A stretch of DNA of 64,000 bases from an uncultured Clostridium sp. (GCA_948465565.1 CAOJXR010000006.1:3010-67009), one strand, 5' to 3'. Positions 10,607-20,770 are shown, counted from the stretch's first letter. The notes: a model not told the origin generated them from the sequence alone. Made by a program: numbers and translations.

Positions 10607-10683
10607 GGCCCGGTAGTTCAGTTGGTTAGAACGCTAGCCTGTCACGCTAGAGGTCGACGGTTCGAGCCCGTTCCGGGTCGCCA
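10607..10683 (+). tRNA. tRNA-Asp(GTC)
   Basis: Cloverleaf, anticodon loop CTGTCAC, CCA end. Confidence 0.97.
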
Positions 10684-10716
10684 GAGACTATCTAGAAATA
10701 GATAGTCTTTATATTT

Positions 10717-10792
10717 GGCTCGATAGCTCAGTTGGTAGAGCAGGGGACTGAAAATCCCCGTGTCAGTGGTTCGATTCCACTTCGAGCCACCA
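10717..10792 (+). tRNA. tRNA-Phe(GAA)
   Basis: Cloverleaf, anticodon loop CTGAAAA, CCA end. Confidence 0.97.
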
Positions 10793-10796
10793 CTGT

Positions 10797-10840
10797 AAAA
10801 CTTTGTAATTCTTAAATATATAAGATTACAAAGTTTTTTG
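10797..10840 (+). terminator. intrinsic terminator of tRNA operon
   Basis: AAAACTTTGTAAT...ATTACAAAGTTTTTT. Confidence 0.7.
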
Positions 10841-10958
10841 TTTTATGAGATAAAATATTAGGATATGAGTTAAGTATGGTAGAATTTTATTATCGAAAAA
10901 TGTTGCAAAATTCTGAAAATATTATTATAATGTGAGGCGTGGGGAAGTTGGAGGAGAT

Positions 10959-11432
10959 ATGAAAAATAAGAATACGTATGTAGTTATAGGGCTAGTATTA
11001 TTGATTGCTGTTGCTTCTATATCTAGCATATTTTTATATAATAAAGAGCATAATGTTAATGCACCCAAACAAGAGGCTAAGAAATTGGTTAAAGAGGTAG
11101 CTTCAATTGATAGTTTTAAAAATAAACTTATAGAAAATGAAATAGAGATAGCAGAGGAAAATGAAAATACAGAATGTAATCTAATTGGGGCAGCAAAGGG
11201 TGTTTCTTATAAAATTGATAATGAAGTTATACAAGTTTATAAATTTGATTTAGATAAATCTGATGAATTGACTGTAACAAATATAAAAAAGGCTCAAGAG
11301 GAACAGAAGGTTATTATGCCATCATTTAATGATTATGAGTTTAAGGTTAAGTATAATAAAGGTTTGATTCTTATAAATTCTGAAGATCATCCACAAGGAG
11401 AAAAGATTGTGGAGATTTTTGAGAGCTTGTAA
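10959..11432 (+). CDS. hypothetical membrane-anchored/secreted protein
   Basis: SD GGAGG before ATG 10959; single N-terminal hydrophobic helix; no recognised domain. Confidence 0.7.
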   Translation: MKNKNTYVVIGLVLLIAVASISSIFLYNKEHNVNAPKQEAKKLVKEVASIDSFKNKLIENEIEIAEENENTECNLIGAAKGVSYKIDNEVIQVYKFDLDKSDELTVTNIKKAQEEQKVIMPSFNDYEFKVKYNKGLILINSEDHPQGEKIVEIFESL

Positions 11433-11561
11433 TATATGGATATATACACTAAAATATTGGATGATGAGTCTGATATTTTAGTGTTTTTTTAATATAATAG
11501 TATGATATTTATAATATTATAGTGATTTGTGAAAAATAGATTATATAAAGGGGAGAAAAGT

Positions 11562-12761
11562 ATGAAGAAATTTATTGTGGCTACTATTATATCAATTTTT
11601 ATTGTGTTTGGTGTTTTTGAGATTATAACTATGCCTAAGGAGGATAGTGGGTTAATATCTGAGGATAATGTTGCTAAGATTGATGAACCTATTATTCCAG
11701 ATGATATAACAATTCATATGACTGTTGGTGGAGATGTTCTTTGCCATAATACGAACTTTTGGGATGCATATGATGCTTCTACAGGTACGTATGATTTTTC
11801 ATATAGTTTTGAGGATATAAAGAAATATTTTGATAATGCAGATATTGCTATAGGTACTCTTGAGACGAACTTTGCTGGTAAGAGTGTTGGATATAGTAAT
11901 TATCCTTTATTTAATTCTCCAGAGGCTTTGGCGACTGATTTAAGGGAATTAGGATTTGATATTCTTGCTACTGGGAATAATCATTGTTTAGATAAAGGTT
12001 TTTCTGGAATGGTAAGTACATTGAATGAATTGGATATGGCAGGAATTGAGCATATGGGAACATATGCAACAGAGGAAGCTAGTCAGCAATATCTTATTAA
12101 AGATGTTAATGGGATTAAGATGGCATTTTTGAATTATACTTATGGTACAAATGGAATTCCTGTTCCTAAGGGAAAAGAGTTTGCGGTTAATTTTATTGAT
12201 AAAGATAAAATTAAACATGATATTGATAGTGTAAAAGAGATTGGTATTGATGTTATTTGTGTTAATATGCACTGGGGAGAGGAGTATAGGCTTACTCAAA
12301 CGAAACAACAAGAGGAACTTGCTGATTTCTTGTTCCAAAATGGAGTTGATTTGATATTAGGTAGTCATACACATTGTTTGGAACCAATGGAGAAAAGGAC
12401 TGTTGTTCTTGAGGATGGAACTGAGAAGGATGGTTTTGTTATTTATTCTTTAGGTAATTTTATGTCTGGTCAGAAGGCAGAGAATTCTAGACAATCTGTT
12501 ATATTGGATATTCAGTTAACTAAAAGTGGTGAGACTGGTAAGATTAGCATAGACCAGGTAAAGTATACACCAACTTATATGTTTAATTTTTATAATTCAA
12601 GACAGCTTAAACGTTTTAAAGTTATGGATATAGAGGCTGAAATTGAAAAGTATGAAGCTGGAGATACGAGTATTGGTGCTAGTATGTATAATACTTTGAA
12701 AAAGGAACTTGAAAATGTATATAAGGTTCTTGGTGATGAAATTATAACAGAAGATATGTAA
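11562..12761 (+). CDS. CapA (PGA_cap) family metallophosphoesterase-fold protein
   Basis: GDVLCH, TLET, GNNH, HWGEEY, GSHTH, YSLGNF; N-terminal TM. Confidence 0.9.
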   Translation: MKKFIVATIISIFIVFGVFEIITMPKEDSGLISEDNVAKIDEPIIPDDITIHMTVGGDVLCHNTNFWDAYDASTGTYDFSYSFEDIKKYFDNADIAIGTLETNFAGKSVGYSNYPLFNSPEALATDLRELGFDILATGNNHCLDKGFSGMVSTLNELDMAGIEHMGTYATEEASQQYLIKDVNGIKMAFLNYTYGTNGIPVPKGKEFAVNFIDKDKIKHDIDSVKEIGIDVICVNMHWGEEYRLTQTKQQEELADFLFQNGVDLILGSHTHCLEPMEKRTVVLEDGTEKDGFVIYSLGNFMSGQKAENSRQSVILDIQLTKSGETGKISIDQVKYTPTYMFNFYNSRQLKRFKVMDIEAEIEKYEAGDTSIGASMYNTLKKELENVYKVLGDEIITEDM

Positions 12762-12885
12762 GAGATAGAGAGTTTTTGCAGAGTTTGTGAAAAATGTTGA
12801 ATATGGATACAATAGTAGATGTTAATGTAACAAAGTGGGGAAATAAATCATATTATGTATAAACCAGAGGTTTGGAGGTGCAAAT

Positions 12886-13119
12886 ATGGAACCACAAGTT
12901 ACAATTTGTTGTAGTAGAAGAAATCAAAAATGTTGCTGTTTATTGAGAGTATTATATATTCTAATTGCTTTATTTTTATTTGTAATTGGAGTAATAATAG
13001 GTGCTTTTGCTGGTGCTTTCGTTATAACTGCTATCACATATTTTGCAGCAGTTGCTACGATTTTAGGTGTGCTTGCAATTATAACAGTAATATATTTTTT
13101 CTGTAATTGCAGAAATTAG
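12886..13119 (+). CDS. small Cys-rich two-TM membrane protein, possibly sporulation-related
   Basis: SD GGAGGTG; CCS/CCC/CNC clusters flank two hydrophobic helices; upstream CATATTAT resembles a SigE/SigK -10. Confidence 0.7.
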   Translation: MEPQVTICCSRRNQKCCCLLRVLYILIALFLFVIGVIIGAFAGAFVITAITYFAAVATILGVLAIITVIYFFCNCRN

Positions 13120-13256
13120 TTATAGTTTAAGTTTAGTTAAGGGGTCCAAACTTTTATGATAATTGTTTGGACCTTTTTTATTATTTACATTGATTGAAAA
13201 AACTAATTCTGTGTGATAGAATACAAATATCTTTTTTAAGAAAGGATGATTGTAAT

Positions 13257-14516
13257 ATGAAAAAAGATAAAATTGCTATAGTTATGGCAGCTGGAAAAAG
13301 TACTGCTATGAATTCAAAGAAATCAAAATTAGTACATAAATTATATGGAAAAGAACTTGTTTCAAGAGTTGTTGAAACTGCTGAAAAGATTAATTGTGAT
13401 GAGATTATAACTGTTGTTGGTGAACAAAAGGAACAAGTTATAGAGGTTTTAAAAGATAGAACTAAATATGTAGTGCAAGAGGAACTTCTTGGAACGGGTC
13501 ATGCACTTTTACAGACTATTCCAGAACTTGAGTCTAAATCTGGTCAAGTTATTGTTTTGTATGGTGATGTGCCTATAATTAAGAAGGATACAATTGAGAG
13601 ATTAGTTGATAGAAATAGAAATGAGAGGGAAAGTGTAACTTTACTTACTGCGATTTCTGATAATCCAACAGGTTATGGAAGAATTGTTAGAAATGATATT
13701 GGTGAAGTTCAAGAGATTGTTGAGGAATTTGATGCAGATTCTACAATAAAACAGATTAGAGAAATAAATTCTGGAATTTATTGTTTTGATATTGAGAGCT
13801 TGTGTACTGCTATTAAAGAGGTTAAGGCTCGTGATAATGGACAAATTTATTTGACAGATATTATAAAGGTTATGAAGAATAAAGACTTAAAAGTTGGTGC
13901 TGTGATTGTTGAGGATAATACTGAAATTTTAGGTGTTAATGATAGAGTTCAACTTGAATTATTAGGTAGAATTTTAAGAATGAGAATTAATACAATGCAC
14001 ATGTTAAATGGAGTTACTATTGAGGATTCTGATACTACATATATTTATGAAGATGTTAAAATTGGTAGAGATACAGTAATTCATCCTAATACAACAATTA
14101 AGTCTGACTGTGTTATTGGCGAGGATTGCGAAATTGGACCTAATGCGTATATCAGAGAAAAATGTAATTTGGCTGATAAAGTTAAAATTGGAAATTGTGT
14201 TGAGATTAAAAAGACTACAGTTAAATATGGTAGTAAAGTTCCTCATTTATCTTATATGGGAGATTGTGAGATTGGCACAGGTGTTAATATTGGATGTGGC
14301 TCAATTACATGTAATTATGATGGTGTGAATAAGCATAAGACTATTATTGGTGATGATTGTTTTATTGGCTCTAATACTAATTTGGTTGCACCAGTTACTT
14401 TAGGTGATAATGTTTTGGTTGCTGCTGGTTCTACTATTACTGATGATGTGCCAGGTGATAGTTTGGCAATTGCGAGAGAGAGGCAAGTTGTTAAAGAGGG
14501 CTGGAACAAGAGATAG
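13257..14516 (+). CDS. glmU: GlmU (UDP-GlcNAc pyrophosphorylase/GlcN-1-P acetyltransferase), degenerate N-terminal signature
   Basis: LGTGHA, YGDVP, GYGRIVR, GVNDR, HLSYMGD, TCNYDG, FIGSN. Confidence 0.92.
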   Translation: MKKDKIAIVMAAGKSTAMNSKKSKLVHKLYGKELVSRVVETAEKINCDEIITVVGEQKEQVIEVLKDRTKYVVQEELLGTGHALLQTIPELESKSGQVIVLYGDVPIIKKDTIERLVDRNRNERESVTLLTAISDNPTGYGRIVRNDIGEVQEIVEEFDADSTIKQIREINSGIYCFDIESLCTAIKEVKARDNGQIYLTDIIKVMKNKDLKVGAVIVEDNTEILGVNDRVQLELLGRILRMRINTMHMLNGVTIEDSDTTYIYEDVKIGRDTVIHPNTTIKSDCVIGEDCEIGPNAYIREKCNLADKVKIGNCVEIKKTTVKYGSKVPHLSYMGDCEIGTGVNIGCGSITCNYDGVNKHKTIIGDDCFIGSNTNLVAPVTLGDNVLVAAGSTITDDVPGDSLAIARERQVVKEGWNKR

Positions 14517-14568
14517 AGCTAAAAGAAGCAATACTTGCTTCTTTTGACTCTTATTAAAATGTATGTAT

Positions 14569-14610
14569 AGAAAAGCGATATGTTTTGAAAAGAAAACACA
14601 TCGCTTTTCT
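14569..14610. terminator. bidirectional terminator between convergent glmU and holin-like gene
   Basis: AGAAAAGCGAT...ATCGCTTTTCT inverted repeat. Confidence 0.6.
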
Positions 14611-14638
14611 CATATTAGATTATAGTTATATAATCTTT

Positions 14639-15016
14639 TTACATGCCTTGTTCTCCAGGTAAAATGTAATCAATTACACCATATATTAAGGCACCAATTA
14701 TGGCTGACATCCATGAAATTGAATAACCTGCAACAAAGAATTGTGTTGCATATAAAATTACCACGGCAAGAACAAAACCTACAAAACCTTTACCAAATGC
14801 CATTGCTTGTAGTCCTGTAAATTTTACTATTAAATAATCCATTACAGTTAAAACGATGGCTGCAAGGGCTAGTGACCAAAAATTATTTATTGTAAATCCA
14901 GGTGTGAAGAAGGCTGTTACCCCTAATATAATTGCGGCTGCAACGAGTCTTCCAAATATTTGACCAACCATACCCATTGTGGAAGTGCTTTGTGTACTTG
15001 AATTGTTATTATCCAT
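14639..15016 (-). CDS. 4-TM phage holin family (YvlD-like) membrane protein
   Basis: Four hydrophobic segments, TPGFTI.NFW and GFVGFVL patterns; SD GGGAGG before ATG 15016; no phage context. Confidence 0.75.
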   Translation of the reverse strand: MDNNNSSTQSTSTMGMVGQIFGRLVAAAIILGVTAFFTPGFTINNFWSLALAAIVLTVMDYLIVKFTGLQAMAFGKGFVGFVLAVVILYATQFFVAGYSISWMSAIIGALIYGVIDYILPGEQGM

Positions 15017-15178
15017 AGTTAAAACCTCCCATTTTAAACTGATATTTTTCCAGTTTAAAAATAAACATCGCAATAATCAATGTTCAATTTTATTTTTGAC
15101 AAATAAAAATTTTTTATGCATATTAAATAAAATTTTGTTAAAAATAAAAATATATTTTGAAAATTAGGGGTTTTTATT

Positions 15179-15853
15179 ATGCTTATTGTTTTTATTAGAA
15201 CAATTATTTTGTACATTTTAGTTTTGGCTGTTATGAGATTTATGGGGAAAAGGGAGATTGGACAGCTTCAACCATTTGAGCTTGTTATTTCAATTATGAT
15301 TGCTGATTTGGCTTCTATTCCAATGTCTGATGTTGGTGTTCCTATTTTTAATGGTATTGTTCCTATTTTGAGTTTGCTTATAATGCATTTACTTATTTCT
15401 TTGGCAAATTTGAAGAGTATTAATTTTAGAGGAGTTATTTGTGGTAAACCTTCTATATTAATATATAGAGGAAAAATTGATGAGCAGAAACTTAAAAAAG
15501 AGAGATATACAATTAATGAATTGCAGGAGAGACTTAGAGGAAAAGATGTATTTAATATTGGTGATGTTGAGTATGCAATTTTGGAGACAAGTGGAGAAAT
15601 TAATGTTATTTTGAAACCAGAGAAGAGAAATCCTACTTTGGAAGATATGAATATTAAATCTGAGTATGATGGAATTTCTTATGATTTGGTTATTGATGGT
15701 GTTATACAGCGTGAAAATTTATCTAAGATTAATAAGGATTATAAATGGCTTGAATCTCAAGTTAGTAAGTTTGGTTTTGAGCCAGAGCAAGCTTTAGTTG
15801 TTACTATTGATGCTTCTGGAAAGATATTCTGTCAAAAGAAGGAGGGAAAATAA
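15179..15853 (+). CDS. DUF421 (YetF-like) membrane protein
   Basis: MGKREIGQLQPFELVI, GKPSILI, VEYAILETSG. Confidence 0.9.
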   Translation: MLIVFIRTIILYILVLAVMRFMGKREIGQLQPFELVISIMIADLASIPMSDVGVPIFNGIVPILSLLIMHLLISLANLKSINFRGVICGKPSILIYRGKIDEQKLKKERYTINELQERLRGKDVFNIGDVEYAILETSGEINVILKPEKRNPTLEDMNIKSEYDGISYDLVIDGVIQRENLSKINKDYKWLESQVSKFGFEPEQALVVTIDASGKIFCQKKEGK

Positions 15854-15855
15854 TA

Positions 15856-16233
15856 ATGAAAGAGATAATTATTTCGGCTATTGTTATTGGCGTAATTGTT
15901 GTTGGGAATATTTTTGTTGGAAATTTTGTTGATAGTAAATTAAATCATATTATTGGTCTTTTAGATGAAATAAGTCCAATACTTGAAGATGAGGATTATG
16001 AGAGGGCTGAAGATAAAATTGGCGAGATAAGAGGATATTTAGATGAGTCAGAGGCAGTTCTTTCTTGTTATATTGAACATGACGAACTTGAGAAAGTTCA
16101 ATCTTCATTAGTGCTTTTAGAATCATATATTAAAATGGAAAGTGATGAGGCTTTTAGTGAGGCTAATCAAATGTCTTTTGTTATTAAACATATTGAGGAG
16201 AAGGATGATTTGAGGATTAAAAATATTTTTTAA
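15856..16233 (+). CDS. DUF4363-like protein
   Basis: N-terminal TM, YIEHDELEKV, C-terminal KNIF; usual partner of DUF421. Confidence 0.75.
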   Translation: MKEIIISAIVIGVIVVGNIFVGNFVDSKLNHIIGLLDEISPILEDEDYERAEDKIGEIRGYLDESEAVLSCYIEHDELEKVQSSLVLLESYIKMESDEAFSEANQMSFVIKHIEEKDDLRIKNIF

Positions 16234-16294
16234 TCTTCAAGTTACATAATACTGAAAAATTGCATAATATATAAATAAAAAAGGAATTGGTGTT

Positions 16295-17437
16295 ATGGAT
16301 CATATAGTTTATCTAGACCATGCTGCTACTACTAAGATTGATGATGCTGTTTTAAAAGAGATGTTACCATATTTACAATATAACTATGGTAATGCTTCTG
16401 CGCTTTATAGTTTGGGAAGAAGTAGTAGAGAAGCTGTAGAAAATGCAAGAAAACAAGTAGCAAATGTAATTGGTGCAAGTCCAAATGAAATATATTTTAC
16501 AAGTTGCGGTAGTGAAAGTGATAATTTGGCGATTAAGGGAATTGCAAAGGCGTATAGGAAATTTGGAAAACATATTATAACAAGTAGTATTGAGCATCCT
16601 GCTGTTTTAGAAACATGTAAAACTTTAGAGAACGAAGGATTTGAGGTTTCATATTTATCTGTTAAGGAAAATGGAATTATTGATGTAGAAGAGTTGCGAA
16701 AGACAATTAGAAGAGATACAATTTTAATTTCAATAATGTCTGCTAATAATGAAGTTGGTACAATTCAACCGATAGAGGAAATTGGTAGAATTGCTAGAGC
16801 TAATAATATTATTTTTCATACAGATAGTGTTCAAGCGATTGGTAGTGTTGATATTAATGTTAGAAAGATGAAAATTGATGCTCTTTCTATGTCTGGACAT
16901 AAGTTTTATGCACCTAAGGGTGTTGGCGTTTTGTATGTTAGAAATGGTATTAAGTTTTTGAGGCAACAAGATGGCGGTCATCAGGAAAAAGAGAAAAGGT
17001 CTGGAACTGAAAATGTTGCCGGGATTGTTGGAATTGGTAAAGCTATTGAAATTGCTGATAAAAATAGACTTGTTTATGTTGATAAAATGAGACTTCTTAG
17101 AGATAGCTATGTTAAATCTGTTGTTAGTAATTTTTCTAATGTTTTCGTTAATGGAGATATGGAAAATCGATTAGCTGGTAATATGAATATTTCTTTTATT
17201 GGACATAAAGGTGCTTATTTGGTGGAGGAATTAGATAGACGAGGAATATGTACTTCTAGTGGTTCTGCTTGTAGTGCTGGGCTTCCAATGCCGTCTAATG
17301 TTTTGATGAATATGACTCACAATGTAAAGATTGCGGAGAGTTCTTTGAGGGTTACTTTTGGTAGAGAAAATACATTAGAAGAGGTTCAATATTTGATTTA
17401 TTCATTAAATGATATATTAAAAAAAGAAACAGTTTAA
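16295..17437 (+). CDS. iscS: cysteine desulfurase (IscS/NifS)
   Basis: YLDHAATT, IEHPAV, SGHKFYAPKG (PLP Lys), RSGTEN, SSGSAC (catalytic Cys). Confidence 0.93.
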   Translation: MDHIVYLDHAATTKIDDAVLKEMLPYLQYNYGNASALYSLGRSSREAVENARKQVANVIGASPNEIYFTSCGSESDNLAIKGIAKAYRKFGKHIITSSIEHPAVLETCKTLENEGFEVSYLSVKENGIIDVEELRKTIRRDTILISIMSANNEVGTIQPIEEIGRIARANNIIFHTDSVQAIGSVDINVRKMKIDALSMSGHKFYAPKGVGVLYVRNGIKFLRQQDGGHQEKEKRSGTENVAGIVGIGKAIEIADKNRLVYVDKMRLLRDSYVKSVVSNFSNVFVNGDMENRLAGNMNISFIGHKGAYLVEELDRRGICTSSGSACSAGLPMPSNVLMNMTHNVKIAESSLRVTFGRENTLEEVQYLIYSLNDILKKETV

Positions 17438-17451
17438 ACTGTTTCTTTTTT
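17420..17451. repeat. 32-bp perfect palindrome spanning the overlapping stop codons of two convergent genes
   Basis: AAAAAAGAAACAGTTT|AAACTGTTTCTTTTTT. Confidence 0.9.
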
Positions 17452-18363
17452 ATCTTTATCTTCTTTCTTGTCTGTTACGACATCTTTTATTGCACCTAGG
17501 CTGCCAAGAGCTGCTGTTGCTTCAAATGGAATGAATATTTTATTTGCTTCACCTTTTGATGCTTCTTGTAATGCTTCTAATGCTTTTAATTGTACTAGTT
17601 TATCGTCTGGGTTGGCTTCTTTTATTGCATCATATACCATTTGGATTTCTTTTGCTTTTGCTGCTGCTACTTGTCTGATTGCGTCAGCCTCACCTGTTGC
17701 TCTTCTTATTTTTGCTTCTCTGTCTGCTTCTGCATCTAAGATTGCAGCTTCTTTTCTACCTTCAGCAAGTGTTATTGCGGATTGTCTTTCTCCTTCAGCT
17801 TGTAAGATTAATGCTCTTTTATTTCTTTCTGCATTCATTTGTTTTTCCATTGCGTCTTTTATGTCTGGTGGAGGAGTGATATCCTTTATTTCAACACGGT
17901 CAACTTTACAGCCCCAAGGGTCTGTTGCTTCGTCTAGAATAGCTTTTAATTGGATATTTATTGATTCTCTGGCACTAAAACTTTCGTCAAGTTCCATTTT
18001 ACCAACAACATCACGTATTGTTGTTATTGCTAAATATTCTAGCCCTTTTTTTAGTGAATGTATTTCATATACAGCTTTTGCTGGGTTGATGACTTTGTAG
18101 AATACGACTGTATCAATTGTTATTGTAACATTATCTGCTGTTATTACTTCTTGTGGTGGTACATCCATTGTTTGTTGTTTTAAACTTACTACTGATCGTA
18201 CTGTATCAATAAATGGGATAATTATTGTTAAACCAGCATCTGCAGCTTTATGAAATTTACCTAATCTTTCTATAATATATACTTCAGATTGTTTTACGAC
18301 TTTAATTGATTTTACTAATAATACTATTATTAAAGCTAATACTATAAGTAGAAAAAGTGTCAT
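17434..18363 (-). CDS. SPFH/band-7 (QmcA/stomatin-like) protein
   Basis: N-terminal TM, IIERLGKF, PPQEVITADN, WGCKVDRVEIKDI, QMNAER. Confidence 0.93.
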   Translation of the reverse strand: MTLFLLIVLALIIVLLVKSIKVVKQSEVYIIERLGKFHKAADAGLTIIIPFIDTVRSVVSLKQQTMDVPPQEVITADNVTITIDTVVFYKVINPAKAVYEIHSLKKGLEYLAITTIRDVVGKMELDESFSARESINIQLKAILDEATDPWGCKVDRVEIKDITPPPDIKDAMEKQMNAERNKRALILQAEGERQSAITLAEGRKEAAILDAEADREAKIRRATGEADAIRQVAAAKAKEIQMVYDAIKEANPDDKLVQLKALEALQEASKGEANKIFIPFEATAALGSLGAIKDVVTDKKEDKDKKETV

Positions 18364-18553
18364 ATTTTCTTCCTCCTTAAAATTTATATATTTGATTTTG
18401 TATTTTTTTCCACGATTACTTTTATATTATAGCACAGAAATGCCCATAAATAAAGACTTTTTGAAAAAATAAATATTTTTTTCTTAAATTCTATTTAATA
18501 AAATGACTAATTATGATATAAATATACAGAACTGGTAATAGGAGATTGTATAA

Positions 18554-19609
18554 ATGAACTCAAAAAAGAAGAATAAAATTAAATTTAAAAAAAATAGTTT
18601 GATTGGTAAGATTGTATTAGTAGCGGTTTTATTGGTTGCAGTACTATATATTTTGAGATATGCAGCTTATTTTAAAAGAGCTACATCTGATGAGATGGCT
18701 GTTATTATTCAAAATGAATCAAATGTTGAACTTTCTAATAGTGTGTATATTGATGAAAATGGGATTATTTATTTGTCTGAGGCAGATGTACAAAGATATT
18801 TAAATCAAGATTTATATTATGAAAAAAATGATAGTAATATGAGAAGATATATTTCAATTTCACAAAATAAAATTCTGGAGATTACTGAAAATGAAAATCA
18901 TATGTTTGTGAATGGAACTAGAGAGAAGATAAAGGGTAAGGTTCTAGAAAAGGATGGTATCTACTATTTTCCAATTTCTGAATTAGAGAATGTTTATAAT
19001 ATTGAAGTTGATTATCTGAAAGATTTAAATAGATTGAATATTGAAAAGTTGTCTGAGGAAAAAGTTGTGGCAGTTGTAAATAGAAATATTCCTTTAAAAT
19101 ATAAGATGACTAATATTTCTAAGGATATTGAAGAATTGCAACAGGGAGATAATGTTACTATTATTCAGGATATGAATAATGGCTGGGTTAGAGTTAAAAC
19201 TGCAGATTATGCTGTTGGATATGTGAAAAAGTCTAAATTAGTAAGTATAGAAAAAGAAAGATATAATTTGTCTCAAAATGATTATGATAAGTTTGATGAG
19301 AAGTCTTCTAATGTTGTAGTTGTTACTGATGAAACTTATTCTGGTTTTAAAGAGAAAATTGTTAAATATGATGGTAGACAAGAGATTGAGAAAGATTTGA
19401 TAAATAAGGTATCTAGTGAAATTGCAAAACAACCTAGAGATACTTTTGTGAAAATAGATATTTCTTCTATAGATAATGTGGATAATTATTATAAGTTTTT
19501 AAAAGAATTGAAAGCTAGAATGAATAATTTAGGTGTTGGTGTGGTTGTTACTGCTCAACCTAATTTGAATAAAGATATATTAAAAGGTATAACAAATATT
19601 GTTTTGTAA
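18554..19609 (+). CDS. membrane-anchored SH3-domain protein with eroded GH18-like C-terminus
   Basis: TM helix; SH3b-like LQQGDNVTII..NGWVRVKT..GYV; C-terminus resembles GH18 beta4 region without DxDxE. Confidence 0.6.
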   Translation: MNSKKKNKIKFKKNSLIGKIVLVAVLLVAVLYILRYAAYFKRATSDEMAVIIQNESNVELSNSVYIDENGIIYLSEADVQRYLNQDLYYEKNDSNMRRYISISQNKILEITENENHMFVNGTREKIKGKVLEKDGIYYFPISELENVYNIEVDYLKDLNRLNIEKLSEEKVVAVVNRNIPLKYKMTNISKDIEELQQGDNVTIIQDMNNGWVRVKTADYAVGYVKKSKLVSIEKERYNLSQNDYDKFDEKSSNVVVVTDETYSGFKEKIVKYDGRQEIEKDLINKVSSEIAKQPRDTFVKIDISSIDNVDNYYKFLKELKARMNNLGVGVVVTAQPNLNKDILKGITNIVL

Positions 19610-19620
19610 AGGAGAAATAT

Positions 19621-20715
19621 ATGAGAAAAGAAAATGGATTTTCAAAGATTTTATTAATATTTATTATATTATTAGTGATTTTTGTGATAGGGATTGTTGG
19701 TGCAAATATTGTTTATAAATCTTTATTAAAACCAATTCAAAGTAATAGTGAGAAGGTTACTATTACAATAACTGGGGGAAGCGGAATATCAGCTATTGCT
19801 GATCAATTAGAAAAAGAGGGCGTTATTAAGAGTGCAATGGCTTTTAAAGTATATACTAAAATTAATTCGAGCACAGCTATGCAAGCTGGTAAATATGAAC
19901 TTGATAAAAATATGTCAGTAGAGGATATTATTAAGGTTTTAAATGATGGTATAGTGCTTGATGAAACAGTTACTATTACTTTTGTTGAGGGGAAGAATAT
20001 AAGAAAGATTGCTGCTACAATTGAGGAAAAAACTGATAATACTGAAGAGGATGTATTTAACTTATTACAGGATAAAGAATATATTGATTCTTTAATTGAA
20101 AAGTATTGGTTTATTGACGAGGATATTAAAGATGAGGATATTTATTATTCTTTAGAAGGTTATTTATATCCTGATACATATACTTTAGCTAATAAGAGTG
20201 AGGATGTTAAGACTATATTTGGTAGAATGCTTGATAAAATGGATACTGTTTTGACTAAGTATAAAGATGAGATTGAGGAAAGTGATTATTCTGTTCATGA
20301 ATTGTTATCTCTTGCGTCTGTTGTGGAGTTAGAGGCTAGAAATAAGGATGATAGAGCTGAGGTTGCTGGGGTTTTTTATAATAGATTAGATAGAAAGATG
20401 GCTTTACAAAGTGATGTTACAACTTATTATGCTACTAAAATTGATATGGATGAGCGTGATTTGACAAATGCTGAACTTAATAGCAAAAATCCTTATAATA
20501 CTCGTTCTACTTCAATGGCTGGAAAACTTCCAGTTGGGCCTATTTGTATGGCTAGCGAGAGTTCTATTAAGGCAGTTATTGAGCCTAAGGAAACAAATGC
20601 ACTTTTCTTTGTTGCTGATAAGAATGGAAAAGTTTATTTTTCAAGAACAAATAGTGAACATGAGAAGAAAATTAAAGAATTAAAAGATAGTGGTTTGTGG
20701 TATACATATGAATAA
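19621..20715 (+). CDS. mltG: endolytic transglycosylase MltG
   Basis: LEGYLYPDTY, LASVVELE, FYNRL, LQSDVT, PYNT, LPVGPI. Confidence 0.93.
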   Translation: MRKENGFSKILLIFIILLVIFVIGIVGANIVYKSLLKPIQSNSEKVTITITGGSGISAIADQLEKEGVIKSAMAFKVYTKINSSTAMQAGKYELDKNMSVEDIIKVLNDGIVLDETVTITFVEGKNIRKIAATIEEKTDNTEEDVFNLLQDKEYIDSLIEKYWFIDEDIKDEDIYYSLEGYLYPDTYTLANKSEDVKTIFGRMLDKMDTVLTKYKDEIEESDYSVHELLSLASVVELEARNKDDRAEVAGVFYNRLDRKMALQSDVTTYYATKIDMDERDLTNAELNSKNPYNTRSTSMAGKLPVGPICMASESSIKAVIEPKETNALFFVADKNGKVYFSRTNSEHEKKIKELKDSGLWYTYE

Positions 20716-20718
20716 AAC

Positions 20719-20747
20719 TTGACAAATCAGGAAAAACTGTTTAAAAT
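20719..20747 (+). promoter_or_regulatory. sigma-A promoter of aspS leader
   Basis: TTGACA-17bp-TAAAAT. Confidence 0.8.
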
Positions 20748-20770
20748 GAATATTACATGTTAATAATTAA

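Noticed and set aside
14639-15016. Prophage lysis gene
   Set aside because: Holin-family membrane protein with no endolysin or other phage genes nearby.
17468-18100. 210-aa + strand ORF
   Set aside because: Antisense shadow of the SPFH gene, with Ser/Ala/Phe-rich mirror composition.
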